DNA of 7,590 nucleotides from a virus (Duplodnaviria; Heunggongvirae; Uroviricota; Caudoviricetes): IMG/VR virus record IMGVR_UViG_2778261559_000019; one strand, 5' to 3'. Shown piece by piece: positions 1 to 6,144 of this stretch (position 1 is its first letter; each line of letters starts with the position of its first letter). The notes under the pieces were generated by a model. It saw only the letters and a program-made list of their open reading frames with translations, ran no database searches and was not told where the DNA came from. The position numbers and the translations under genes were made by a program.

Positions 1-71
1 TATTCGATGCCATTTCCTGTAATGGCGTTGGTAAATCTTTAAATTCCATTATTAGCCTCGTTGGTTAGCTA

Positions 72-290
72 TTAACGTGGGTATGTAATCATTCTGGCAA
101 TGCTTAATGCCGCTGCTTTTTCCAGATTGGTGATATCCTGCTCCAGAGCGGACAGATTTTCAGCCTGCTTAGCCCTGGCTTCATTGGCCCATTTCAGGTC
201 CTGCACCGCCTTAATTTTCTGGTGCATCCACTCATAAAGTTCATCATCGGTATAGTCTGGCGCGATGATGACGGGGTCTCGTTTCTGCAT
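72..290 (-). CDS. hypothetical small protein (72 aa), distal gene of the leftward operon downstream of the repressor gene
   Basis: ATG-initiated ORF with an AAGGAG Shine-Dalgarno (complement of 296-301) 5 nt upstream; charged, coiled-coil-like sequence; same strand as the repressor. Same length as Qin YdfC, but the sequence is not recognised. Confidence 0.55.
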   Translation of the reverse strand: MQKRDPVIIAPDYTDDELYEWMHQKIKAVQDLKWANEARAKQAENLSALEQDITNLEKAAALSIARMITYPR

Positions 291-362
291 GTCGGCTCCT
301 TGTGGTTAGCGTTGCCTGCTTTTTAACCACGTCAGGCGAGGTGGTATCCTCTGAGGGGTCTG

Positions 363-719
363 TTACTCGAGAGGAAATTGGTTATGAATACAATCAAGTT
401 TTCTTGCCCAGAATGTGGTGGCTAAGTCTTTGACACATCCTTTAAGCCGCAGGGCTCTGACAGTTTCGCGGGAGCCATCTGCAAAAATTGTGGTCACCTT
501 GTAACTGAAGATGAGTCCTCGCAGTTCGATGACGAAATCGTTGACAATATCTTCGGTGCACTCACCAGAGACTTTCTGAAGTAAAGGCGCATACCGCTTA
601 GTTACCGCTCTGATAACTCTTACCTGTCCGGCAATGGCGCTGATATCAATATAAAGCGCCATCGCTGTTTCTTTGCTGATCCCTGGACGCCTTCCATTCT
701 GATGTTTGACTTCGCCCAC
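363..719 (-). CDS. hypothetical protein (118 aa with GTG start; alternative ATG at 662 gives 99 aa), first gene of the leftward operon
   Basis: ORF on the repressor strand; GAGGA about 9 nt upstream of the GTG; preceded by a 207-bp intergenic region holding operator-like sites and a leftward promoter. No family recognised. Confidence 0.5.
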   Translation of the reverse strand: MGEVKHQNGRRPGISKETAMALYIDISAIAGQVRVIRAVTKRYAPLLQKVSGECTEDIVNDFVIELRGLIFSYKVTTIFADGSRETVRALRLKGCVKDLATTFWARKLDCIHNQFPLE

Positions 720-798
720 TGAGAAATCCTCTGCTTCCCCTTAACGCCGGGTAGCGGAACTGTTTGCTGAGAACACCGTGCGGTGTCTTGATGAGTAG

Positions 799-851
799 AA
801 TTTAGAATAGCCTAAGAGTTATGGTCAAGCTTTTTGTGTAGAAAAACCTAA
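799..851 (-). promoter_or_regulatory. leftward early promoter with two operator-like sites (TTAG-N6-CTAA)
   Basis: Minus-strand -35 TTGACC (complement of 823-828) and weak -10 TAAATT (complement of 799-804). Sites TTAGaatagcCTAA (802-815) and gTAGaaaaacCTAA (838-851) match the motif found three times in the divergent region at 1336-1400. Confidence 0.4.
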
Positions 852-926
852 GCCTCTTGATGTAAAAAACACAAGTATTTGAAAGTTTGTGCTTTTTATT
901 ACAGAGAGTTGCGAAAAAAAGGGGGG

Positions 927-1334
927 TTATTTATTTGCGCTTCTTTTGCGAGCTTTGAGTAGTTCTTCAAAAAGTTTGTTGAAATTCTCAACTCGAGCAC
1001 GCATCTCTGACAACAGAGCCTTTTGCTCTGACTCAGGCAGTGCGTCGAACAGTTGAAGCAACTCTTTTTGATCTTCTGTCAGATTTACTGGCTGATTATC
1101 TGGGATCGGTTCGCCTGGTTGCTTATCTTCATCTCCAAAAAGAAGCCAAGTCGGCGAGCACTGAAGCGCCTGGCTCAGTGCGAATAATCTCTTCCCCGCT
1201 GGCTGTGTTTCATCTCTTTCCCATTGAGAAATTGTTACGTGAGCCACTTTGACCAGCTTACCTAATGCGGCCTGAGACAGTTTTAATTTTTTTCGCCTGT
1301 ATAAGAGGCGAGCACCGAAGGTTTCGTTTTTCAT
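927..1334 (-). CDS. dicA: HTH XRE-family prophage repressor, DicA-like (135 aa)
   Basis: N-terminal HTH (LSQAALGKLVKVAHVTISQWERDETQPAGKRLFALSQALQCSPTWLLFGDED) and C-terminal ALPESEQ...MRARVENFNKLFEELLKAR closely resemble E. coli Qin DicA as recalled; same length; divergent from a Cro-like gene with three operator repeats between them. Confidence 0.88.
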   Translation of the reverse strand: MKNETFGARLLYRRKKLKLSQAALGKLVKVAHVTISQWERDETQPAGKRLFALSQALQCSPTWLLFGDEDKQPGEPIPDNQPVNLTEDQKELLQLFDALPESEQKALLSEMRARVENFNKLFEELLKARKRSANK

Positions 1335-1335
1335 A

Positions 1336-1400
1336 TTAGGTAATTCTAATTTTTCTTGACTTAGGTTTCTCTACGATCTAGTTTCCTTAGGAAAATCTAA
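1336..1400. promoter_or_regulatory. divergent immunity switch: three operator sites (TTAG-N6-CTAA) overlapping a rightward promoter
   Basis: Sites at 1336-1349 (TTAGgtaattCTAA), 1361-1374 (TTAGgtttctCTAC) and 1387-1400 (TTAGgaaaatCTAA), spaced 25-26 bp. Plus-strand -35 TTGACT (1356-1361), 17-bp spacer, -10 TAGTTT (1379-1384). The first site abuts the repressor start codon. Confidence 0.5.
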
Positions 1401-1410
1401 GGGGTTCGAT

Positions 1411-1638
1411 ATGTTGAAAATTGATGCTATAGCGTTTTTTGGCAGCAAAACAAAGCTTGCCAATGTCGCAGGAGTTAGGCTGGCAAGCGTTGCTGCATGG
1501 GGGGAACTGGTTCCTGAAGGTCGCGCGATGCGCCTGCAAGAGGCATCCGGCGGGGAACTTCAGTACGACCCCAAAGTTTATGACGAATATCGTAAGGCAA
1601 AGCGGGCGGGGCGGTTGAACAATGAAAATCACCACTGA
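1411..1638 (+). CDS. dicC: Cro-like DNA-binding regulator of the DicC/YdaS type (75 aa)
   Basis: AAGGGG Shine-Dalgarno 6 nt upstream; divergent from the repressor; the segment AIAFFGSKTKLANVAGVRLASVAAWGELVPEGRAM is typical of YdaS/DicC-type Cro analogs. The symbol is assigned from context and is less certain than the family. Confidence 0.75.
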   Translation: MLKIDAIAFFGSKTKLANVAGVRLASVAAWGELVPEGRAMRLQEASGGELQYDPKVYDEYRKAKRAGRLNNENHH

Positions 1639-2173
1639 ACAGGTTTGTGAGGCTCTGGATACCTGGGTATGCCGACCAGGAATGACACAGGAGCAGGCGA
1701 CGATATTAATCACGGAAGCATTCTGGGCTCTGAAAGAACGCCCGAACATCGATGTTCAACGCGTCACGTTTAATGATGGCGAGGTTGATCAACGGGCGCT
1801 GGGCGTTAACCGGGTGAAGATATTCGAACGCTGGAAAGCTATCGACACCAGAGATAAGCGTGACAAATTCACGGCGCTGATTCCGGCAATTATGGAGGCT
1901 ATCCGGATCAGCGATTTCAGATTGTATTGTGAAATTACTGACGGAAAAAGCATTACGTACATGATCGCCGGGTTAAACAAAGAATATGGCGATGTGGTGG
2001 AGTCCGGGCTGCTTTTTGCGGATCCAGTTGTTGTGGAACGTGAGACTGACGAGCTTATAGAAAAAGCTATTGCTTTCAAGCACGCGTATCGTCAGCAATA
2101 CCAATATTACTTTGCAGATAAACAAATGTCTGCCAGGGGTTCGTATGAGTATCGATGCACTACGATGGGCTAA
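1622..2173 (+). CDS. YdaT-like protein (CII-like regulator analog) with a C-terminal extension (183 aa)
   Basis: Overlaps the cro-like stop by 17 nt. N-terminal MKITTEQVCEALD... and the segment KIFERWKAIDTRDKRDKFTALIPAIMEAI resemble Rac YdaT (RWLKGETKTQREKIQKLIPAILAIL) as recalled; about 40-60 extra C-terminal residues. Confidence 0.7.
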   Translation: MKITTEQVCEALDTWVCRPGMTQEQATILITEAFWALKERPNIDVQRVTFNDGEVDQRALGVNRVKIFERWKAIDTRDKRDKFTALIPAIMEAIRISDFRLYCEITDGKSITYMIAGLNKEYGDVVESGLLFADPVVVERETDELIEKAIAFKHAYRQQYQYYFADKQMSARGSYEYRCTTMG

Positions 2174-3185
2174 AAAGGTGAAAACCGGCAGTTCATCCAG
2201 TAAGTCAGTATTGACCTGGCTTGCTGATATGTGCGGTGCCGATTTGTGTGCATACCCGTCTGTATCTGCACTGGCAGAAGTAACGGAACTGAACAAAAAG
2301 ACTGTGCAGGACAGCTTACGACACCTGATGGAGATTGGGTTAATTGTTGATACCGGTGAGAGAAAAGGCAGAACAAAGCAAATTGTGGTGTACCGACTTA
2401 TCGGTGTAGAAGAAAGTGTTGCCGAGCCTGAATACACCCAAAAACGGGAGTCTTTAAAGGTGGGTAAAATTGGTGCTGTTAATAAAAACAGTACCGAAAA
2501 TGGTTATGTTTCAGCACAAAACAGACCCAAAAACAGAACTCTTAGCTGCATGGAAAATAACCAAAGACACCCAAATTTTCCATCAAAGACACCCAAAAAC
2601 GGATCACGGAACCCAAAGGAACCCAAAGATCTAAACCCCACACATAACGCACGCGAGAGTGCTCCGACCAGTGAGCAGGAAGTTTTGTCGTTACAGGCAG
2701 CCCCCCCTGTATTCCTGTATGGCCTGAGCGAACCCATCGGAAAATTCCCGATGAGCGATAGCTGGTATCCGTCACGGGATTTTCGACGACGGGCTGCGTT
2801 GTGGGGGATGGCTTTGCCGGAGACAGAATTTACACCTGCTGAACTTGCCGCCTTCCGGGACTACTGGGCAGCGGAGGGGAAAGTGTTTACGCAGATTCAG
2901 TGGGAGCAGAAATTCGCCCGTCACGTAAATCACGTCAGGGCGCAGGTTAAACCAGTCAGCAAAGGGGTAAACCATGCAGCAGCACCAGGTGGCACCGCAT
3001 CACGGGCAGTTCAGGAAATTCGGGCAGCACGTGAGCAGTGGGAACGTGAAAACGGATTTATCAGCGACGGAAACGGCCTGGAAGCTGTGGGAACTCATGG
3101 GGGTGGTTTATTCGAACCGCTGGATCCAGAAGAACGGGGCCGCACCTTCGAAGCTCTGGATTGCACAGATTGGCGCGATGACTGA
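2145..3185 (+). CDS. phage replication initiation protein (O-like): N-terminal HTH domain, low-complexity linker, DnaT-like C-terminal domain
   Basis: ATG at 2145 with AGGGG 5 nt upstream (the ORF track's 2070 start is an upstream TTG). C-terminal GKFPMSDSWYPSRDFRRRAALWGMALPETEFTPAELAAFRDYWAAEGKVFTQIQWEQKFAR matches the E. coli DnaT C-terminal region as recalled. The linker is encoded by iteron-like DNA. Confidence 0.82.
   Translation: MSIDALRWAKKVKTGSSSSKSVLTWLADMCGADLCAYPSVSALAEVTELNKKTVQDSLRHLMEIGLIVDTGERKGRTKQIVVYRLIGVEESVAEPEYTQKRESLKVGKIGAVNKNSTENGYVSAQNRPKNRTLSCMENNQRHPNFPSKTPKNGSRNPKEPKDLNPTHNARESAPTSEQEVLSLQAAPPVFLYGLSEPIGKFPMSDSWYPSRDFRRRAALWGMALPETEFTPAELAAFRDYWAAEGKVFTQIQWEQKFARHVNHVRAQVKPVSKGVNHAAAPGGTASRAVQEIRAAREQWERENGFISDGNGLEAVGTHGGGLFEPLDPEERGRTFEALDCTDWRDD
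2523..2631. repeat. iteron-like direct repeats (candidate replication origin) inside the initiator gene linker
   Basis: Five or more copies of an ACCCAAA core: agACCCAAAaac (2523-2534), CAAAGACACCCAAA twice (2562-2575, 2584-2597), GGAACCCAAAG in tandem (2608-2618, 2619-2629). An AT-rich stretch lies just upstream (2460-2520). Position is analogous to ori-lambda within gene O. Confidence 0.45.
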
Positions 3186-3639
3186 GCAGCAAATCCGGCA
3201 GGTCTGCCGCCAGTGCATGGACCGCTGCCGGGCGGGTGAAACATGGCCTCCGGACCTGGCTGAGTTTGTGGCACTGATTTCGAAAAGCGGAGCCAATCCA
3301 TTCGGTCTGACGGTGGATGCTGTGATGGAGGAGTACCGCCGCTGGCGCAATGAGTCCTGGCGATACGACGGAAGTGATAAGTACCCGTGGTCTCAGCCTG
3401 TGCTGTATCACATTTGCCTCGAGATGCGTTCAAAGGGGATTGAGCGCCAGATGACCGAAGGGGAATTAAAACGGCTTGCAGAACGGCAACTGACGAAATG
3501 GGCAAAGCATGTTAGTAACGGCCTGAGCGTTCCGCCAGTCCGGCGACAACTGGCGGCCCCCAAACGCCCGTCGGGGCCAACGCCAATTGAGTTGCTGAAA
3601 CAGGAATATGAACGCCGGAAAGCGGCTGGTTTTGTTTGA
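2974..3639 (+). CDS. replication protein P-like (helicase loader family), 221 aa if started at 2974
   Basis: AAGGGG Shine-Dalgarno 6 nt upstream of ATG 2974. Motifs WPPDLAEFVALI, YPWSQPVLYHICLEM and MTEGELKRLAERQL parallel lambda P (FLPSPGQFVAWCRE, YPWKSNAHYWLV, LTDAELRRKAADEL) as recalled. Alternative starts at 3097 or 3178 would shorten the overlap with the upstream gene. Confidence 0.8.
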   Translation: MQQHQVAPHHGQFRKFGQHVSSGNVKTDLSATETAWKLWELMGVVYSNRWIQKNGAAPSKLWIAQIGAMTEQQIRQVCRQCMDRCRAGETWPPDLAEFVALISKSGANPFGLTVDAVMEEYRRWRNESWRYDGSDKYPWSQPVLYHICLEMRSKGIERQMTEGELKRLAERQLTKWAKHVSNGLSVPPVRRQLAAPKRPSGPTPIELLKQEYERRKAAGFV

Positions 3640-3672
3640 GTTGAGAAGTGATTTTTTACCGGGAGGAAATTT

Positions 3673-4407
3673 ATGGAGACTGTTTTTGACGCACTGAAAG
3701 CGATGGGAAAAGCCACGTCGGTAGAGCTGGCTGCGCGACTTGATATCAGTCGTGAAGAAGTACTGAACGAGCTGTGGGAACTGAAAAAGGCTGGCTTCGT
3801 TGATAAAAGCGTATACACCTGGCGTGTGGCTGATAACAACGTTCAGCAGGAACAGCCAGCGCCAGAAGAAACCACCACGGCAACAGAAGCGAAAATCTCA
3901 GAGTGCGATTTAACCGCGACGATTGAACAACGCGGACCACAAACGGCGGATGAACTGGCTACGCTGTTCGGTACAACATCCCGCAAAGTTGCTTCAACGC
4001 TGGCAATGGCAATCAGCAAAGGTCGTCTGATTCGCGTAAACCAGAACGGTAAAATTCGTTACTGCATACCAGGTGATAATTTACCAGCAGAGCCGAAAGT
4101 TGAATCGGTAGCGGAAACCGATGGTAAAGCCTTTCCTCAGCCAGCCGGTGTTGCGTTACCGGTACAGAAAGATGCAACACAGGAAGATATTAAAACAGAA
4201 ACTGTGGCGGACATTGTGCAGTCGCTGCCATCGTTTACTGCAACGCGAGAAGATGATTTGATTTTGCCATCGCTGCATATGGCAAATCGCGAACTGCGTA
4301 GGGCGAAGAATCATGTCCAGAAGTGGGAGCGAGTCTGCGCCGCGCTGCGGGAGCTGAACAAGCACCGGGATATGGTTGCCGGGATTTGTCGGAAGTCCGG
4401 GCAATGA
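3673..4407 (+). CDS. prophage protein with two tandem winged-helix-like segments (244 aa); resembles DUF1627-type proteins (family name from memory, unverified)
   Basis: Strong GGGAGG Shine-Dalgarno 6 nt upstream of ATG 3673. Internal duplication of an HTH-like segment ([28 protein letters not shown] and [31 protein letters not shown]); immediately downstream of the P-like gene. Confidence 0.75.
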   Translation: METVFDALKAMGKATSVELAARLDISREEVLNELWELKKAGFVDKSVYTWRVADNNVQQEQPAPEETTTATEAKISECDLTATIEQRGPQTADELATLFGTTSRKVASTLAMAISKGRLIRVNQNGKIRYCIPGDNLPAEPKVESVAETDGKAFPQPAGVALPVQKDATQEDIKTETVADIVQSLPSFTATREDDLILPSLHMANRELRRAKNHVQKWERVCAALRELNKHRDMVAGICRKSGQ

Positions 4408-4568
4408 GCGGATGGTGCAGGCCTGAAATCATGATACTAACAATGAAGGTAAAATGCATCGGCAGTCTGATTGGTCGTAGTGAGGCGGCGGTCAGGATGA
4501 AAGCCCAGGTTAAGGGAATAAGCCTGATTCTGCGGGGTGATTTTCACCAGTCAACAAAATATCCGTAG
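4404..4568 (+). CDS. possible small ORF (54 aa) translationally coupled to the upstream gene
   Basis: ATGA start/stop overlap with the 3673-4407 gene (ATG 4404-4406, TGA 4405-4407); GGAAG 8 nt upstream. No recognisable family and weak coding character. Confidence 0.3.
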   Translation: MSGWCRPEIMILTMKVKCIGSLIGRSEAAVRMKAQVKGISLILRGDFHQSTKYP

Positions 4569-4848
4569 CGCGATAACGGTCAAAAATTATGGCGCTGACA
4601 CTTTTGTGCCACTGGAGATGACTGTACCTAAGTTCAGGGGAGAAGAACACGTCCGGTGGGATGGTCGGGCCAGATTTAAAGGGCAGGTCATGGCTCCAGC
4701 CTGTACGCTGGCAATGGAGGCTGCCTGGCGGGAAATTGATATGGGAACCACGCCACTCAGGGATTTACTGCCGGTCCAGAGAATAAATTCCTGTTACGGT
4801 TACACCACTGTGATCTTGCAAGTGCAGGAAAGTAGGTCTACACGGTAA
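4537..4848 (+). CDS. hypothetical protein (103 aa from GTG 4537; alternative ATG at 4618), possibly a gene remnant
   Basis: ORF without a convincing ribosome-binding site; overlaps the preceding small ORF by 32 nt in another frame; no family recognised. Confidence 0.35.
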   Translation: MIFTSQQNIRSAITVKNYGADTFVPLEMTVPKFRGEEHVRWDGRARFKGQVMAPACTLAMEAAWREIDMGTTPLRDLLPVQRINSCYGYTTVILQVQESRSTR

Positions 4849-5074
4849 CGCGAGTGCGTGTAACTTTTGATGTCATTCCCGTAGAAACACCGGACAAATT
4901 TTCGCTGACAGGTCATGCAGAAGGTATAAATCTGCAGATTATGGACAATTACGGATATCCGGCAAGAGCCGGAAAAAGCATGCCGCCTCTAATTCTCAGT
5001 GGAAGATGGACTTGATTATACTCATTGCATTGTCAGAAATAGTTATCCATTAAAGGCTGGCTATTCCAAACAGG

Positions 5075-5102
5075 ATGTTGATTACAAAAATGTAATCAAC
5101 AT
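5075..5102. promoter_or_regulatory. 28-bp perfect palindrome (ATGTTGATTACA-aaaa-TGTAATCAACAT), candidate operator upstream of the binding-protein gene
   Basis: Perfect 12-bp arms around a 4-bp AAAA centre, in an AT-rich non-coding region about 165 bp upstream of the 5267 start; a TATAAT hexamer lies at 5129-5134. Confidence 0.4.
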
Positions 5103-5266
5103 GTAAGGTTTATACTCTTCAATATGCGTATAATTTTCCTTATTTTGTTGACTTTAAATAACAAGCTATGCACGAGGTAAAGTCGGATAAGTTTATCTGG
5201 ATGTAATATATATTATTTGTAGTGTTTATAACTTTATTTCATGATAACCAATAAAAGGAGTTTTTT

Positions 5267-6025
5267 ATGAGGAACATAATGGCAGGTTTTTTAATATTCC
5301 TGTCTTCTGCTGCTTATGCTGATATCAATCTGTATGGTCCTGGTGGCCCGCATACAGCCTTGCTTGATGCAGCCAAACTTTATGCCGAAAAAACAGGTAT
5401 TATAGTGAACGTTCATTACGGCCCACAGAACAAATGGAATGAAGATGCCAAAAAAAATGCAGATATCTTGTTTGGCGCATCAGAACAATCTGCTCTGGCT
5501 ATCATTCGGGACCATAAAGACAGCTTCAGTGAAAAAGATATTCAGCCTCTTTATCTGCGAAAAAGTATTTTACTGGTAAAGAAAGGTAATCCTAAAAATA
5601 TCCGGAGTATTGACGACCTGACCAGACCTGGGATTGGCGTAATTGTTAATGATGGTGGTGGTACCAGTAATACATCAGGCACTGGCGTCTGGGAAGATAT
5701 TGCCGGACGTAAAGGGAATATAGAAACTGTCGCCGCAATCCGAAAAAATATTATTTTATATGCGCCCAATAGCGGAACTGCACGTAAGGCTCTTGAGAAT
5801 CAGCCTGGAGCAGATGTCTGGATAACCTGGGCTGACTGGGCAGCCAGTAATCCAGAAATTGGTGATGTCGTGGAAATAGCGCCAGACTACGTGATATGGC
5901 GTGATATGAACATTACAGTACGTCAGGATGCAAATGATGAAACCCGTCGATTTGCAGAATGGCTACAAACCGATGAAGCGGCGCCTGCATTCAAAAAATA
6001 TGGCTGGACCAGGAAAGGCACTTGA
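5267..6025 (+). CDS. secreted periplasmic solute-binding protein, ModA-like fold (orphan; no transporter partner in window)
   Basis: AAGGAG Shine-Dalgarno 6 nt upstream. Signal peptide MRNIMAGFLIFLSSAAYA with an AYA/D cleavage site and no lipobox cysteine. Overall layout (INLYGPGGPHTAL at the N-terminus, FKKYGWTRK at the C-terminus) parallels molybdate-binding ModA as recalled. GC content looks clearly lower than the flanking phage genes (estimated by eye). Confidence 0.85.
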   Translation: MRNIMAGFLIFLSSAAYADINLYGPGGPHTALLDAAKLYAEKTGIIVNVHYGPQNKWNEDAKKNADILFGASEQSALAIIRDHKDSFSEKDIQPLYLRKSILLVKKGNPKNIRSIDDLTRPGIGVIVNDGGGTSNTSGTGVWEDIAGRKGNIETVAAIRKNIILYAPNSGTARKALENQPGADVWITWADWAASNPEIGDVVEIAPDYVIWRDMNITVRQDANDETRRFAEWLQTDEAAPAFKKYGWTRKGT

Positions 6026-6026
6026 C

Positions 6027-6057
6027 ATCCTCGTCCTTCAGGACGTGGATTCTTTTT
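6027..6057 (+). terminator. rho-independent terminator of the binding-protein gene
   Basis: Hairpin ATCCTCGTCC-ttca-GGACGTGGAT (9 bp with one mismatch) followed by TCTTTTT, 2 nt after the stop codon. A second GC hairpin (ATGCCGC-gcca-GCGGCAT, 6062-6079) follows without a T-run. Confidence 0.6.
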
Positions 6058-6144
6058 CCGGATGCCGCGCCAGCGGCATGTAGGGGCAGCTCACAAAACG
6101 GAAAAAATTGTACGCTAAGCCTCGCCAGGTGAACTGAATTCATT

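Noticed and set aside
1-49. Possible minus-strand gene starting at 49 (MEFKDLPTPLQEMASN...) and running off the window
   Set aside because: Only 16 codons are visible; a GAGG is suitably placed upstream, but too little sequence is present to support a feature call.
773-786. Small hairpin (ACACC-gtgc-GGTGT) in the leader of the leftward operon, considered as a nut-like boxB site
   Set aside because: Loop and stem do not resemble known boxB elements, no convincing boxA is nearby, and no N-like arginine-rich protein was recognised; too weak to call.
1040-1252. 70-aa plus-strand ORF inside the repressor gene
   Set aside because: Fully antisense to a well-supported HTH repressor ORF, with no ribosome-binding site and a non-protein-like translation; most likely a chance open frame.
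1387-1749. 120-aa minus-strand ORF across the cro-like and YdaT-like genes
   Set aside because: Antisense to two well-supported plus-strand genes and the operator region; Cys/Phe-rich translation typical of a spurious frame.
1411-2173. Cro-like plus YdaT-like pair considered as a toxin-antitoxin module
   Set aside because: Their position divergent from the repressor with shared operators fits Cro/CII-type regulators, which is how YdaS/YdaT have been reinterpreted; nothing in the sequence indicates a toxin.
1789-2437. Minus-strand ORFs (1789-2079, 1973-2437, 2170-2376) inside the YdaT-like and initiator genes
   Set aside because: Antisense shadows of the plus-strand genes with Ser-rich low-complexity translations and no start signals.
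2504-2975. Minus-strand ORFs (2504-2737, 2542-2775, 2772-2975) over the iteron/linker region
   Set aside because: They overlap the initiator gene antisense, and their open frames are driven by the repetitive linker DNA.
3061-3839. Minus-strand ORFs (3061-3411, 3095-3505, 3108-3350, 3408-3839) within the P-like gene
   Set aside because: GC-rich antisense frames with Arg/Pro/Ser-rich translations and no ribosome-binding sites; the plus-strand gene has the homology support.
3746-4459. Minus-strand ORFs (3746-3940, 4156-4404, 4235-4459) antisense to the tandem winged-helix gene
   Set aside because: No start signals and non-protein-like composition; the plus-strand ORF has a strong GGGAGG ribosome-binding site.
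5075-5102. Assigning the 28-bp palindrome to FNR, TyrR, CRP, LexA or Fur
   Set aside because: Half-site sequence and spacing do not fit the consensus of any of these; only an unassigned operator-like palindrome can be claimed.
5551-5769. 72-aa minus-strand ORF inside the binding-protein gene
   Set aside because: Antisense to a gene with a clear signal peptide and binding-protein fold; chance ORF in AT-rich DNA.
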